Counted from the first letter of the stretch, positions 39,511 to 49,059 are shown. The stretch is DNA of 64,000 bases from Candidatus Latescibacterota bacterium (GCA_965203175.1 OZ241867.1:5696001-5760000); one strand, 5' to 3'. A program made the numbers and translations. Notes: generated by a model not told the origin, from the letters alone.

Positions 39511-40353
39511 CTATGGGTGAAGGGACAGCTCCTGGGCCGCTGCGTATGTCAGCCGCGCCAGCTCGGCCGGCGATTCACCCCGGCGAGGAGTGGCCACCTC
39601 GAAGGTCCAGAAACCGCGGTAGCCGACCTCTCGCAGGGCCTCGCGGATCGCCTCCCAGTCGAGGTCCCCCTGCAGCGGGGCCCAGTGGTTGTCCTGCGGG
39701 TCCTCGCCGTCGACGTCCTGCAGATGGGTTCCCCACAGGCGCTCGCCCGCGGCCCTGATTTCCCCGCCCGGGTCGTTCCCCGCGGTCCAGGCGTGGCCGG
39801 TGTCGACCACCAGCCCCACCGCCTCCTCCGGGTAGTCGTCGACGAGGCCGCGCAGCTCCGTCATGGTCAGGAACGGGTAGTGGGAGCGGTAGGGCAGGTT
39901 TTCCAGCAGAATTCGCACCCCCGACTCGAGCGCCACCGGCACCAGGTCGTCGAGGGAGCGCCGCGCCGCCCCGGACATGATCCCGGTCAGCTCCGGGCGT
40001 TCCGGATCCTCGACGAACCGCGGGTTCGGCACCGGGTGGATGACCATGCCGCCGGCGCCGAGGGCGCCCGACATGCGCAGGTACTCCCCGAGCAGGGCGG
40101 CCTTCTCCCGCCGCCAGTCCTCCTCCGGGGCACCGAGCACGTTGCGCATCATCGGCGCGTGCACGGTGCCGGTGCGCAGATCGGACCCCTCGATCCGCGA
40201 CCGCAGCTGCTCGAGCTCCCGGCTCGTGAAGATCCGTTCGAGGTGGCCCTCCTGCGAGGAAAGCTCGATGTGGGAATACCCGGCGGCGGCGATCTCATCG
40301 AGGGCCTCATCGAGCGGGTCCTTGAATCCTGCGGTGGCGTAGCTGATTTGCAT
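39511..40353 (-). CDS. Sugar phosphate isomerase/epimerase (xylose-isomerase-like TIM barrel), inserted gene
   Basis: IEL, VHAP, VIHP, LLEN, DTGHA, HLQD and WTFE motifs; AGGAGG RBS; visibly higher GC than its flanks. Confidence 0.88.
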   Translation of the reverse strand: MQISYATAGFKDPLDEALDEIAAAGYSHIELSSQEGHLERIFTSRELEQLRSRIEGSDLRTGTVHAPMMRNVLGAPEEDWRREKAALLGEYLRMSGALGAGGMVIHPVPNPRFVEDPERPELTGIMSGAARRSLDDLVPVALESGVRILLENLPYRSHYPFLTMTELRGLVDDYPEEAVGLVVDTGHAWTAGNDPGGEIRAAGERLWGTHLQDVDGEDPQDNHWAPLQGDLDWEAIREALREVGYRGFWTFEVATPRRGESPAELARLTYAAAQELSLHP

Positions 40354-40448
40354 TGGTCCGGTCCTCCTAAGGGAATCGGTTGATCGGTAACTTGATGGAC
40401 AGCCCGGGCCCGGCGAGGGCCGCAGACCCGTGGGGCGTTTTCACAACA

Positions 40449-40621
40449 AAGCACCGGTGATAACGACGGTCTTATTGCTCAGGCTTCCGGCACGCACTCC
40501 CAAAAATCCCATTCTGAATGCCGAAAATATTCTGGGGATCCAGCGCCTCTTTAGTCTTGCGCAGGACCTCGATGCTGTTGTCGCTCTGGATGTGCTGGAC
40601 AAAGCTCTGCCGAATTTTGCC
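40449..40621. repeat. 173-bp direct repeat, copy 2
   Basis: Contains the AGPS 3' end and an SDR 5' stub that stops just outside the repeat (…KTVVITGALL*). Confidence 0.97.
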
Positions 40622-42313
40622 TACCCCGTGGTGGTGGGATAGCGAGCCGCCGTTGTCCAAGATCGTCTGCCGCAGCGCGTGCTCAATGTCGTGATAGACC
40701 TCAATGGGATGCTCCAATCCCCGCCCAGAAAATCCCATCGTAAAGTAGATGCACACCCCCGTGTGGTACGTCTGCGTCACCCGGTACGACAGGTAGGGCC
40801 GCCCGGCGACGCCGCGCGCGCTACACTGCGCGGTCAACTCCGCTTGTACGGCCTGCGTCACGTCGTGGATGCGACTCCAAGGCACAGAGGTCTCAAAGGT
40901 TTCGCCTAAAAAATCGAACTGGTTCAAAAAGTCGCGTATATAGGCGATCCCAAAGGTCGCCATGTAGCCGCGCCGGCCGTTGGTAGCGCCGGCGCTCTTG
41001 CCACCGTGGGCCTTGGCCAGCTTGAAGATCGTCCGCTTCTGGTGCGCGACCTCGGCATGGGTTCCCTCCATGGCGATCGTACACGCCGCCATTTTTAGCG
41101 GATCAAATCCCAACACCTTCAACAAGGCGAACTTCTGCACCTTTTCCTTGAGGTGTTTCAAGGGAGAGGGCGCAGCCTTGAGGGCCTGGCCGAAGCGAAA
41201 TTCTTGGTTGTTGACCAAGCGGATACTCGCCGGCAAGGTCCCGGTCTGGCGCAATGCCTGCAAGTACTCCACGCCTTGGGCGAAGGACTTGAACACCAAC
41301 GAGCCGTATTCGCGCACTTCTGGTAGGGGATGGATCTTGAGCACGGCCTTGGTGATGATGCCGAGGTTGCCCTCTGAGCCAAAAAGCAGCCCGCGCGGCT
41401 GGATGCCAGTCGAGTTGCGCGGCGTGGTGTGCAAGGTCTCCACCGCTCCGGTCGGCGTCACCAAGGTCGCTTCGAGGACGATATCTTCGATATTGCCGTA
41501 GCGGTTTTTCTTCATGCCGCTGGCATTGGTGGCGATCCAGCCGCCCAAGGTCGAAAGCTCAATGCTGTCGGGATCGTGGCCGACGGTGTAGCCCCGAGCG
41601 GCGAGTTCTCGCTCCAGCTCCTTGCCCGAAATCCCCGCTTCGATGCAAGCTTGGAGGTTGTCCTCGTCGAGATCGACAATTCGGTTCATGCGCCGCATAT
41701 CGACCGAGGCGAAAACGCGATCGTCGTCAGTGGGCAGGGCCAGCGCACCGCTGACGTTGGTGCCACCACCGTAGGGCACGAGGCAGACATTGTGCTCGGA
41801 AGCGAGGCGCACGATGGCGCGCACGTGATCTCCGCTTTCTGGATAAATCACCAGATCGATCACTCGCTCCAAGGCGTCGCCGTAGAGCAAGCGATAAACC
41901 TCATCGACGCTGAGCTGGCCGTGACTGTGGATCAGGCGCTCCTCGTCGTCGAGCGAAACCCGCTCTGCGCCGAGCTCGTCTTGCCAAGCGGCGACGAGGC
42001 TTGCGTCTGCCCGCGAGGGCGGTACCTCGTGGCTCTCTTTTTCGACGGCCATCTCGTCGGGGTCAATCGGAACCTGGAGCATTTCTTCGACAAAGGGGAT
42101 GAAATGCGGCATGGTGAAGCCGGCCAGCGGATAGCGGCTGCCGGTCACCCGCACGGTCTTCGGCCCATCGAACTCAAAGCGGGTGTCCGTGTAGCCCCAT
42201 TTGTGCGGATGGCGCTCTCCGTCGGAGAGATCGTAGCACGCATCGGCCGCGGCTTGGCGGACAATGGCCGCGGCAACGGCGAAGACGGCGACGGCGAGGA
42301 CGACTTCGAGCAT
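40472..42313 (-). CDS. agpS: Alkyl-dihydroxyacetonephosphate synthase (AGPS/ADHAPS)-like FAD enzyme
   Basis: KWGYTD, HSHG, PYGGGTNV, GHDPDSIELSTLGGWIATNASGMKKNRYGNIED, GSEGNLG, RVTQTY and SLSHHHGVGK motifs; N-terminal hydrophobic anchor. Confidence 0.88.
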   Translation of the reverse strand: MLEVVLAVAVFAVAAAIVRQAAADACYDLSDGERHPHKWGYTDTRFEFDGPKTVRVTGSRYPLAGFTMPHFIPFVEEMLQVPIDPDEMAVEKESHEVPPSRADASLVAAWQDELGAERVSLDDEERLIHSHGQLSVDEVYRLLYGDALERVIDLVIYPESGDHVRAIVRLASEHNVCLVPYGGGTNVSGALALPTDDDRVFASVDMRRMNRIVDLDEDNLQACIEAGISGKELERELAARGYTVGHDPDSIELSTLGGWIATNASGMKKNRYGNIEDIVLEATLVTPTGAVETLHTTPRNSTGIQPRGLLFGSEGNLGIITKAVLKIHPLPEVREYGSLVFKSFAQGVEYLQALRQTGTLPASIRLVNNQEFRFGQALKAAPSPLKHLKEKVQKFALLKVLGFDPLKMAACTIAMEGTHAEVAHQKRTIFKLAKAHGGKSAGATNGRRGYMATFGIAYIRDFLNQFDFLGETFETSVPWSRIHDVTQAVQAELTAQCSARGVAGRPYLSYRVTQTYHTGVCIYFTMGFSGRGLEHPIEVYHDIEHALRQTILDNGGSLSHHHGVGKIRQSFVQHIQSDNSIEVLRKTKEALDPQNIFGIQNGIFGSACRKPEQ

Positions 42314-42352
42314 AGCTCAATCTCCTAGCACTAATTAAGTGATCAGTAGCTA

Positions 42353-43405
42353 CTACAGCCCCTCCTGCACGTCCTTTTTCCGCACCTTCCATATAAATGC
42401 GTCGTAGTAGTAGTGGATCAGGGCAAAGGAACTGAGCAGCGAATAGCTGAAGAGGTCGAAATTGGTGTTGAAGCCAACGAGGCCAAAGCCAAAGTCGCGC
42501 ACCAAGCCCTCGCTCAGCGCGTGAAAGACGACGGCATAGGCTGCGCACAGCAGGAGAAAGAACTTGACGCCCCCCTTGCCCGCCACGTAGCGCATGAGGG
42601 CCGAGTCGCCGCCCGTGCGCTCGACCTTGTGGCGGTTGTAGAAATACACCATGACGATGTACTGGATCCCGTGCATGATCCGGTGCGCCACCGCAAAGAC
42701 GAGCAGATAGGCCGTGGTAAAACTAGTGAAGTACCACAGAAAATAGCTCGACAATAGAAAGGCGTATTTGAGGGGATTGAGCGCGTAGCCGCGCCAGGCG
42801 CAATAGGCAATGTGTCCCACGTAAACCAGGCCGTAGGCAATGGCAATAGTCCACGAGACTAGGTGTACCGTCGTCACCGCTTCCGCGCTGATGGGCAGGT
42901 GCCACTCGTGCAACATGCGCACCCAGACCGTAGAAAAAAGCGGCGACACCACGAGCATGTTGCCAAAGAAGATCCAATTGAAGGCCAAGTCGAACTTGGC
43001 AGTCGCGGGCGTGCCGGCCTTGGCCTTGAAGTCGTACACGCGCGCAAAGCCGTATTGCTGCATCAAACTGTGCTGGTGATCCCACAAAGTCACGATCAAC
43101 ACCAAGCTCAACGGTGCCCACTGGATCAGGCCGTAGGCAAAGGCGACCAATACTATCGGCCCGAGAATGAACCGCTCCTTGAAGCGGGCGAATTCCGCCG
43201 GCGAGCCATAGACGCGCAACCAAGTGACGAAGTGGTGCGGAATGGTTACCCACAAGGCAATGGCCGCCAGCGCCGCCCCCGGCAGGTAGTGCCCCGACAC
43301 TAACGCAAAGCAGACCGCGGCAAAGGGCAGGCTTACAAACCAGATATAGTCCTGCCGGCGATCGACAATATAGGCAGGTTGCAGAACGATGGAATTACTC
43401 GCCAT
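42353..43405 (-). CDS. Histidine-motif polytopic membrane protein of unknown function
   Basis: About 9 hydrophobic segments; PHH, WDHQH..QQYGF, HRIMHGIQY and HYYYDAFIW motifs. Confidence 0.75.
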   Translation of the reverse strand: MASNSIVLQPAYIVDRRQDYIWFVSLPFAAVCFALVSGHYLPGAALAAIALWVTIPHHFVTWLRVYGSPAEFARFKERFILGPIVLVAFAYGLIQWAPLSLVLIVTLWDHQHSLMQQYGFARVYDFKAKAGTPATAKFDLAFNWIFFGNMLVVSPLFSTVWVRMLHEWHLPISAEAVTTVHLVSWTIAIAYGLVYVGHIAYCAWRGYALNPLKYAFLLSSYFLWYFTSFTTAYLLVFAVAHRIMHGIQYIVMVYFYNRHKVERTGGDSALMRYVAGKGGVKFFLLLCAAYAVVFHALSEGLVRDFGFGLVGFNTNFDLFSYSLLSSFALIHYYYDAFIWKVRKKDVQEGL

Positions 43406-44960
43406 GAGAAGTCAGGGCTAGTGCCACAGCGTCTGGGCTGAAGCGGATTTCGTTGGCGCGGCGCTGGCGCAGAGACGCAGCCAGCTCCTTGACCGCAGCT
43501 TGGAGCTGCGCCGTCGCCCAATCCGCCTCGACCCGCTCGCGGATCTCGTCCAGCGGCGGCAGTCGATCCGGGCGGCGGCGCAATACCTGTAAGACAATAT
43601 AACCATTATCCGTGGCAAAGGGACCGTGAAAAGTCCCTTCGTCGGCGCGCAGAGCGCGGCTGACCGGATTGTCGCCCTCTAGCGCGCCGCTGCCGTAAAT
43701 CACGCTGACGAAACGATCCGCTAGCTCGGTCGTATCGCGACCGGCGCGCATCCGCTCGACAATGGCGGTGCCCTCGGCCTCGTCGCGGGCGAGGAGCCGG
43801 CGCACCTCCACCTCGGCCGGCGCGGTGTAACGGAGCTTGTGCTCCTCGTAAAACAGGCTCAGGCCGTTGGGATTGGGCGGTGGCACCTGCGCTTGCAGCG
43901 CGTCCTGCAAGCGCCGCGCAAGCTGCACCTGCCGCAGTCGCTCCAACTCGCGTTGCAGGTCCGGGTCGGCGGCGAGTGCGAGCCGCGTGGTTTCGAGCGG
44001 GACCAACACGCGCCGCCCGACCTCGCGCCGCAGCACCTTCTCGCTCGCGCCTTGGCCCTTTAGCAGTTCGCGGGCCCGCGCGACCGTTAGCACCCCGCCG
44101 TCGTACTCGGCCACGACGGCCTCTGGCGAACGGTCCGCCGCTAGCCCATCCAGCTCGTAGCGCACATTATAGCGCGCGTGCAGGGTGTCGTAATAAGCCA
44201 AGAGCTGCCGCCCGAGCTTTTCCCGCATCACCAAGCGCTGAATGGTCTCTCGCTCCTGCTCGAAACTAACCGGGTGCATGTCCGTGAGCTTGATGAGAAA
44301 GTACCCATCGGCCACCTGCATCGGCTCGGAGATCTCCCCGATCTGCATGGAGAAGGCCCTTTCGGTCAGGGCGGCGTGCGAGGCCATGGTATCGCCCCAG
44401 CGGTGATAGCCCATGTCGGCCTGACGCTCTAGAATCCGCGAATCCTGCGAGTGCCGCATCGACAGTTCCTCAAAGTCCGCTCCTTCGGCGAGTGCGGCCA
44501 AAATCTCCGGCAGTTGCTCTTGGTCGCGCACCATCAGCAGGCTGAAGCGCACGCGGCGGTTGTACGGGCTGCGCTGGAAATAGGCTCGCAGTTCCTCCTC
44601 GGCGACCTCGGGTTGGACGATCCCGGTGCGCTCGTACAAAGCCTGCTGCACCAGCCGCGCCTGCGCCTGCGCCTGCCACTGCAAAAACTCCGCGCTCTCG
44701 CCCAATCCCCGCCGCTCGGCTTCCTGCACGAGCAGCGTTTGCTCGACGATGGCTTCCAACAGTTTCTCAGCCCCGTATTCCACCCGCAATTCCGGTGCCA
44801 CTCGCGCGATGTAGTGGCGATAGTCCGCCACCCGAATCGCCATTTGCCCCACCTCCACCAAAACGGCATCCTCGGTGGCCATGGCCGGGCCGTCCTCAGC
44901 GCAGCCGATTAGGCCGAGCAACGCCGAGCAAAGTGCCATTCCCATCCAACGCTTACTCAT
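43395..44960 (-). CDS. Parvulin-type PPIase/foldase lipoprotein (SurA/PrsA-like)
   Basis: Lipobox LIGC; EAERRGL, DFEELSMRHSQD, GEISEP..VADGY and GPFATDNGY motifs. Confidence 0.82.
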   Translation of the reverse strand: MSKRWMGMALCSALLGLIGCAEDGPAMATEDAVLVEVGQMAIRVADYRHYIARVAPELRVEYGAEKLLEAIVEQTLLVQEAERRGLGESAEFLQWQAQAQARLVQQALYERTGIVQPEVAEEELRAYFQRSPYNRRVRFSLLMVRDQEQLPEILAALAEGADFEELSMRHSQDSRILERQADMGYHRWGDTMASHAALTERAFSMQIGEISEPMQVADGYFLIKLTDMHPVSFEQERETIQRLVMREKLGRQLLAYYDTLHARYNVRYELDGLAADRSPEAVVAEYDGGVLTVARARELLKGQGASEKVLRREVGRRVLVPLETTRLALAADPDLQRELERLRQVQLARRLQDALQAQVPPPNPNGLSLFYEEHKLRYTAPAEVEVRRLLARDEAEGTAIVERMRAGRDTTELADRFVSVIYGSGALEGDNPVSRALRADEGTFHGPFATDNGYIVLQVLRRRPDRLPPLDEIRERVEADWATAQLQAAVKELAASLRQRRANEIRFSPDAVALALTSHGE

Positions 44961-46323
44961 GCTGCTCGCTCTCTTTCATCTGCTGGATCGCCGCTAGCTC
45001 CCGCTTGCTCTCTTCTACCTTTCCCAACTTCAAGTACGCCACAGCTAACTTCTGCCGCGCGTCGAGCCAGTCCGGCCGGGCCGCCACCACAATGGTCAGC
45101 ATCTCGGCAGCCTTGGCGTAATCACCGACGCGCGCGTGCAGCAGTCCCAAAAAGTAATGTGTCTCCACATCTTCCGGCGCTAAGCGGCGCGCCTCTGCGA
45201 GGCTAGCTAGGGCCTCGTCAAAGCGCTGCAAGCGCATGTACGCCTGACCTAGATTGTAGTGGGCATTGGCGTATTCTGAGTCCAAGGCCAGCGCGGCTTG
45301 ATACTCGACGACGGCCTCGGCGAGTTGGCCCAAGCGCAGGTAGAGGTTGCCTAGGTTGTTGCGGTAGCGCAAGCTGTCCGGCGCGAGCCGCACGGCCAGC
45401 CGATATGCTTCGGCCGCTTCAGTCAAGCGCCCCTGTTCTGTATACAGCAGGCCCAGTTGCGCCCGCGCCTCGTGGTCGTCGGGCGCATTGCCCAACATCC
45501 GCAGTTGGTCGTCGATTTTGTCGAGCTGCTGGTCGAGCTCCCGAAACTGCGTCAGCACTTCGGTGCTCTCTTCGCGGCGGCCGAGCCGCTTGAGGGCATT
45601 AGCCAGCGCGAAGTACGCCTCTTTGGACAAGGAGTCGAGCGCAATGGCGCGGCGAGCAGCGCGTTCAGCCGCCGCGTACTCGCGCCGCTTGAGTTCCACC
45701 TGCGCCAGATCGACGTACGCGGCCGCGGCCGTGCTGTCCAGCTCGACCGCGCGCGTCAGAGTCGCCGCAGCCCGCTCAAAGTCGAGTTCCTTCAGGCGCG
45801 TCCGGCCCAAGAGCCGGTAGAAGGAAGCATTGGTCGAGTCGCGGTCCAGGCCCGCTTGCAGCAGCGTCTCCACCTCGCCGTACTCACCGCGCAAGAAGTA
45901 GATGTAGCCGAGGTCGTAGTAGGTCGTCAGATGGCTGGGATCTAACGAGAGCACCCGGCGGTGTTCGTCAATAGCTTGGGCATAGTTGAGCTGTTTGACG
46001 TACATGGCCGCGAGGTTGTGCCGCGCTGATACGTGCGTCGAATCCAGCGTCAATACGCGCTGATAGGCCGCCATCGCGCTGGGGTAATCGAGCTGGCGCA
46101 CGTAGGCATTGCCGAGGTTGTAGTGAATCTTAGCGGATTTAGGTGCGAGTGCGGCGGCCTGTTTATAGGCGTCAATAGCTTCCGTGTGGCGGCCTTCGGA
46201 GGCGAGCGCAGTGCCGCGCGTAAAGAGCACTTCGGCGTCCATGGCTGCGCCAGGACGCACTTTTTCCTGCGGACTTTCCTCCGCACAGGCGTACAATGCG
46301 AGACAGATCAGCAGCACCTTCAT
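44953..46323 (-). CDS. TPR-repeat lipoprotein
   Basis: ATG 46323 overlaps the upstream stop; lipobox LYAC; HYNLGNAY and NNLGNLY TPRs. Confidence 0.87.
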   Translation of the reverse strand: MKVLLICLALYACAEESPQEKVRPGAAMDAEVLFTRGTALASEGRHTEAIDAYKQAAALAPKSAKIHYNLGNAYVRQLDYPSAMAAYQRVLTLDSTHVSARHNLAAMYVKQLNYAQAIDEHRRVLSLDPSHLTTYYDLGYIYFLRGEYGEVETLLQAGLDRDSTNASFYRLLGRTRLKELDFERAAATLTRAVELDSTAAAAYVDLAQVELKRREYAAAERAARRAIALDSLSKEAYFALANALKRLGRREESTEVLTQFRELDQQLDKIDDQLRMLGNAPDDHEARAQLGLLYTEQGRLTEAAEAYRLAVRLAPDSLRYRNNLGNLYLRLGQLAEAVVEYQAALALDSEYANAHYNLGQAYMRLQRFDEALASLAEARRLAPEDVETHYFLGLLHARVGDYAKAAEMLTIVVAARPDWLDARQKLAVAYLKLGKVEESKRELAAIQQMKESEQHE

Positions 46324-47948
46324 TGCGCCGCTCCTTCGACGAGCAAATGCTCTTGGTTGATGCCTAAATCTGCGTATTCCTCGACCCGGCCGCTCGGCCA
46401 ATAGACGATTACACGCTCAATACTCGTGGCCGTTCCTAACCCAAAGTGCAGTTGCACGTCGCTCTGCGAGAGGTAGCTGGCCCCCGAGCGTACTTCGTCG
46501 GTTTGCACCCGTCCGTCACTTACTACTTCGACGCGGGTGCCGATGCCCGCGCGGTTGCTGTCGCGGCCCTCTAGCCGCAGCCGCACCCAGTGGCCACTCG
46601 CGCCGTCGTTGCGCATCAAGGTCGGCTGAGCGGCGACATTGGCCACTAGCATGTCGATATCCCCATCGTCGTCGTAGTCGCCAAAGGCCGCGCCGCGACT
46701 GACTCGTTTCAACGACAAGGCACCGCCGTCCTCTGCGTATTCCTCAAAACGGCCGTCGCCAATGTTGAGAAAGAGCTGATTGCGCTGCGGGAAGGTCGCG
46801 TTCTCGTATTGCTCGACATCGCTTTCCAAGTGGCCATTGGCGATAAAAAGATCGCGGTCGCCATCGTTGTCCACATCGAAAAAACGCGTACCCCACGCCA
46901 AGTAGGCAATGCTGCCCTTGCCCAACCCAGCCAAGAAGGTTTCATCGACAAAGGTGCCATCGCCGAGGTTTTTGTACAGTGTATTCGTCTCCCACTGAAA
47001 GTTGGTAACGAAGAGGTCGGGATCGCCGTCATTGTCATAGTCGCCCATGTCAACGCCCATGCCCGCTTCGACATCCCCGTCCTCGTTGTACGCAACTCCG
47101 GCCAGCAGCGCTTCGTCCGCAAAGTGGCCAGTGCCGTCGTTGAGATACAAGAAGTTCGAGGTCTTGTCGTTCGCTAGGTAGAGGTCGGGATCGCCGTCGA
47201 GATCCACATCGCCGAAGACCACCCCTAGCTCCTTGCCCTCGGCACTGCCCAACCCGGCTGCGGTCGTGATGTCGGCAAAGGTGCCATCGCCCCCGTTCCG
47301 ATATAGCACGTCGGTCACCCCGTCAAAGGCCTCCGGGCCGCAATAGAGCTGAAGCCCGCTGCCACCCTCGGCGCAGACGCGGTGATTGGTATAGGAGAAG
47401 TTGTGGTAATTGCCCACGTACAAATCGACGAAACCATCGCGATCAATGTCGGCAAACGCAGCACTCGCTCCCCAACCCTCGTCGCCGACTTGGGCCGCGA
47501 CTGTCACATCCGCAAAGGTGCCATCACCCTCGTTCCGATATAGCACATTCGCGCCGAAGTTGGTCACGTACAGATCGAGGTCGCCATCGTTGTCGTAGTC
47601 GCCGACCGCGCACCCCATGCCGTAACCCGTGTCGCCGACACCGGCGTGCGCCGTTACATCGGCAAAGGTGCCGTCGCCGCGATTGTGGTAGAGCGCGTTT
47701 TGCGGCGCGGGGTCGTAGTCGGTCCCAGGCACAGCGGCCCCGTTGATTAGGTAAATGTCGAGACGACCGTCCCCATCGTAGTCGAAAAGTCCCCCGCCGG
47801 GACCGACTGTTTCAATGACGAACTTCTGGCCGTTGGCCCCATTGACGTGGACAAAGCCAATACCCGCTTCTTGGGTGGCGTCGTGGAAGCGAGGGCTGGC
47901 GTAGAGGGGGACGGACAAGAGAAGCAGAAGCAGAAAGAAATTGAGCAT
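46320..47948 (-). CDS. CRTAC1 family (FG-GAP + ASPIC/UnbV) secreted protein
   Basis: Signal peptide, FG-GAP repeats and SGASYLSQSD.QLHFGLG. Confidence 0.9.
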   Translation of the reverse strand: MLNFFLLLLLLSVPLYASPRFHDATQEAGIGFVHVNGANGQKFVIETVGPGGGLFDYDGDGRLDIYLINGAAVPGTDYDPAPQNALYHNRGDGTFADVTAHAGVGDTGYGMGCAVGDYDNDGDLDLYVTNFGANVLYRNEGDGTFADVTVAAQVGDEGWGASAAFADIDRDGFVDLYVGNYHNFSYTNHRVCAEGGSGLQLYCGPEAFDGVTDVLYRNGGDGTFADITTAAGLGSAEGKELGVVFGDVDLDGDPDLYLANDKTSNFLYLNDGTGHFADEALLAGVAYNEDGDVEAGMGVDMGDYDNDGDPDLFVTNFQWETNTLYKNLGDGTFVDETFLAGLGKGSIAYLAWGTRFFDVDNDGDRDLFIANGHLESDVEQYENATFPQRNQLFLNIGDGRFEEYAEDGGALSLKRVSRGAAFGDYDDDGDIDMLVANVAAQPTLMRNDGASGHWVRLRLEGRDSNRAGIGTRVEVVSDGRVQTDEVRSGASYLSQSDVQLHFGLGTATSIERVIVYWPSGRVEEYADLGINQEHLLVEGAAQ

Positions 47949-48079
47949 TTTTTACGTAAAGATCGCATTCTATCTATGGGAAGTATCGATACATATCCTG
48001 ACGCGGCAACCATCGTACAAAAACTACCGCATCCTCGTTCAATAGCAAACCAAGCCTATGGTTGCAATCCGAAAGACCG

Positions 48080-49051
48080 TCAGTCGCCGCCAGCTAGGGC
48101 CTCGGCGATAAGCTGGTAAGCCCGCTGTCGGATATCGTCGGGAAAGTCGTGGCCGCAGTCGGGATGGACCACTTGGAGGGCCTCGCCGGCACCGTACAGA
48201 TCGTACACCGCTCGGGCTGTTTCGACCACTGAATCGACGCTGCGCCAGCGAAAATTGGAGTCGCCCAAAGGTGCAGAGATGAAGCAAGGACGCGGTGCTA
48301 ACGCGGCGATCATATCGTGGAAGTCGAAGGGAAGGTCCGCTAGGATGTAGTCCTTTAAGCGTGGCATGTAGCGATCGCTGGTCCAGCCCGTGATATCGCC
48401 GTCCATATAATCTTGGTAGGAATCGAGGCCGCAATTGGAGACGACAACGGCGATGCGCAGATCGAAAACCGCGGTGTAGATCGAATTGTGACCGCCCAGC
48501 GAGTGGCCGATGGAGGCGAAAGACGACCCCGCGACATAGGGCAGTTCAGCCAGTAGATCGAGGCCGCACATATTGTCCCATATCGCCTTCATAGTCCCCG
48601 ACTGGTAGCCAAGAGCACGCCAGTCGGGGCGATAGTCGGCTAGCAAGGGATAAGCCGGAGCGAGCGTGACAAAGCCAGCCTGAGCCAATTCGCTGGCATA
48701 CGCGCAGTTGGCACGATCTCCCAAACCGACGACCACCTTGTGGCCGATGCGGTCGTCTGTGGGATGGGGACAAAGCACGGCCGGGGCCGGAGCTTTTAGG
48801 GCGGCGTGGGGAATCAGCAAATAGGCAGGAACCCGACAATTCGGTTCAGAGACGTAGGTAATGAGACGGCGAGTATAAGAGCCGCAGTCCACTTCCTCGT
48901 CGATTTGGACATCGAGCGGCCCGCGCTTCTCCGGTCCGGGCAAAGGCCCCATGATCTGCTGCATGGCCTCCAAGAGAGCGGGACGTTGGGCTTCCCAAGC
49001 ATTCCGAGAGGAAGGCGGAGCGGCGAGGCGCAGGCTGGAAAAGGTGGACAT
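48080..49051 (-). CDS. Alpha/beta hydrolase (dienelactone hydrolase/esterase-like)
   Basis: Nucleophile elbow GHSLGG; PAYLLIP, LAPRP and GHDF motifs. Confidence 0.85.
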   Translation of the reverse strand: MSTFSSLRLAAPPSSRNAWEAQRPALLEAMQQIMGPLPGPEKRGPLDVQIDEEVDCGSYTRRLITYVSEPNCRVPAYLLIPHAALKAPAPAVLCPHPTDDRIGHKVVVGLGDRANCAYASELAQAGFVTLAPAYPLLADYRPDWRALGYQSGTMKAIWDNMCGLDLLAELPYVAGSSFASIGHSLGGHNSIYTAVFDLRIAVVVSNCGLDSYQDYMDGDITGWTSDRYMPRLKDYILADLPFDFHDMIAALAPRPCFISAPLGDSNFRWRSVDSVVETARAVYDLYGAGEALQVVHPDCGHDFPDDIRQRAYQLIAEALAGGD

Positions 49052-49059
49052 AAGCGGTC

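Noticed and set aside
39334-40621. 173-bp repeat pair as a diversity-generating retroelement TR/VR
   Set aside because: The mismatches are not adenine-specific on either strand (A/G, A/G, G/A, T/C), they are silent, and no reverse transcriptase is present.
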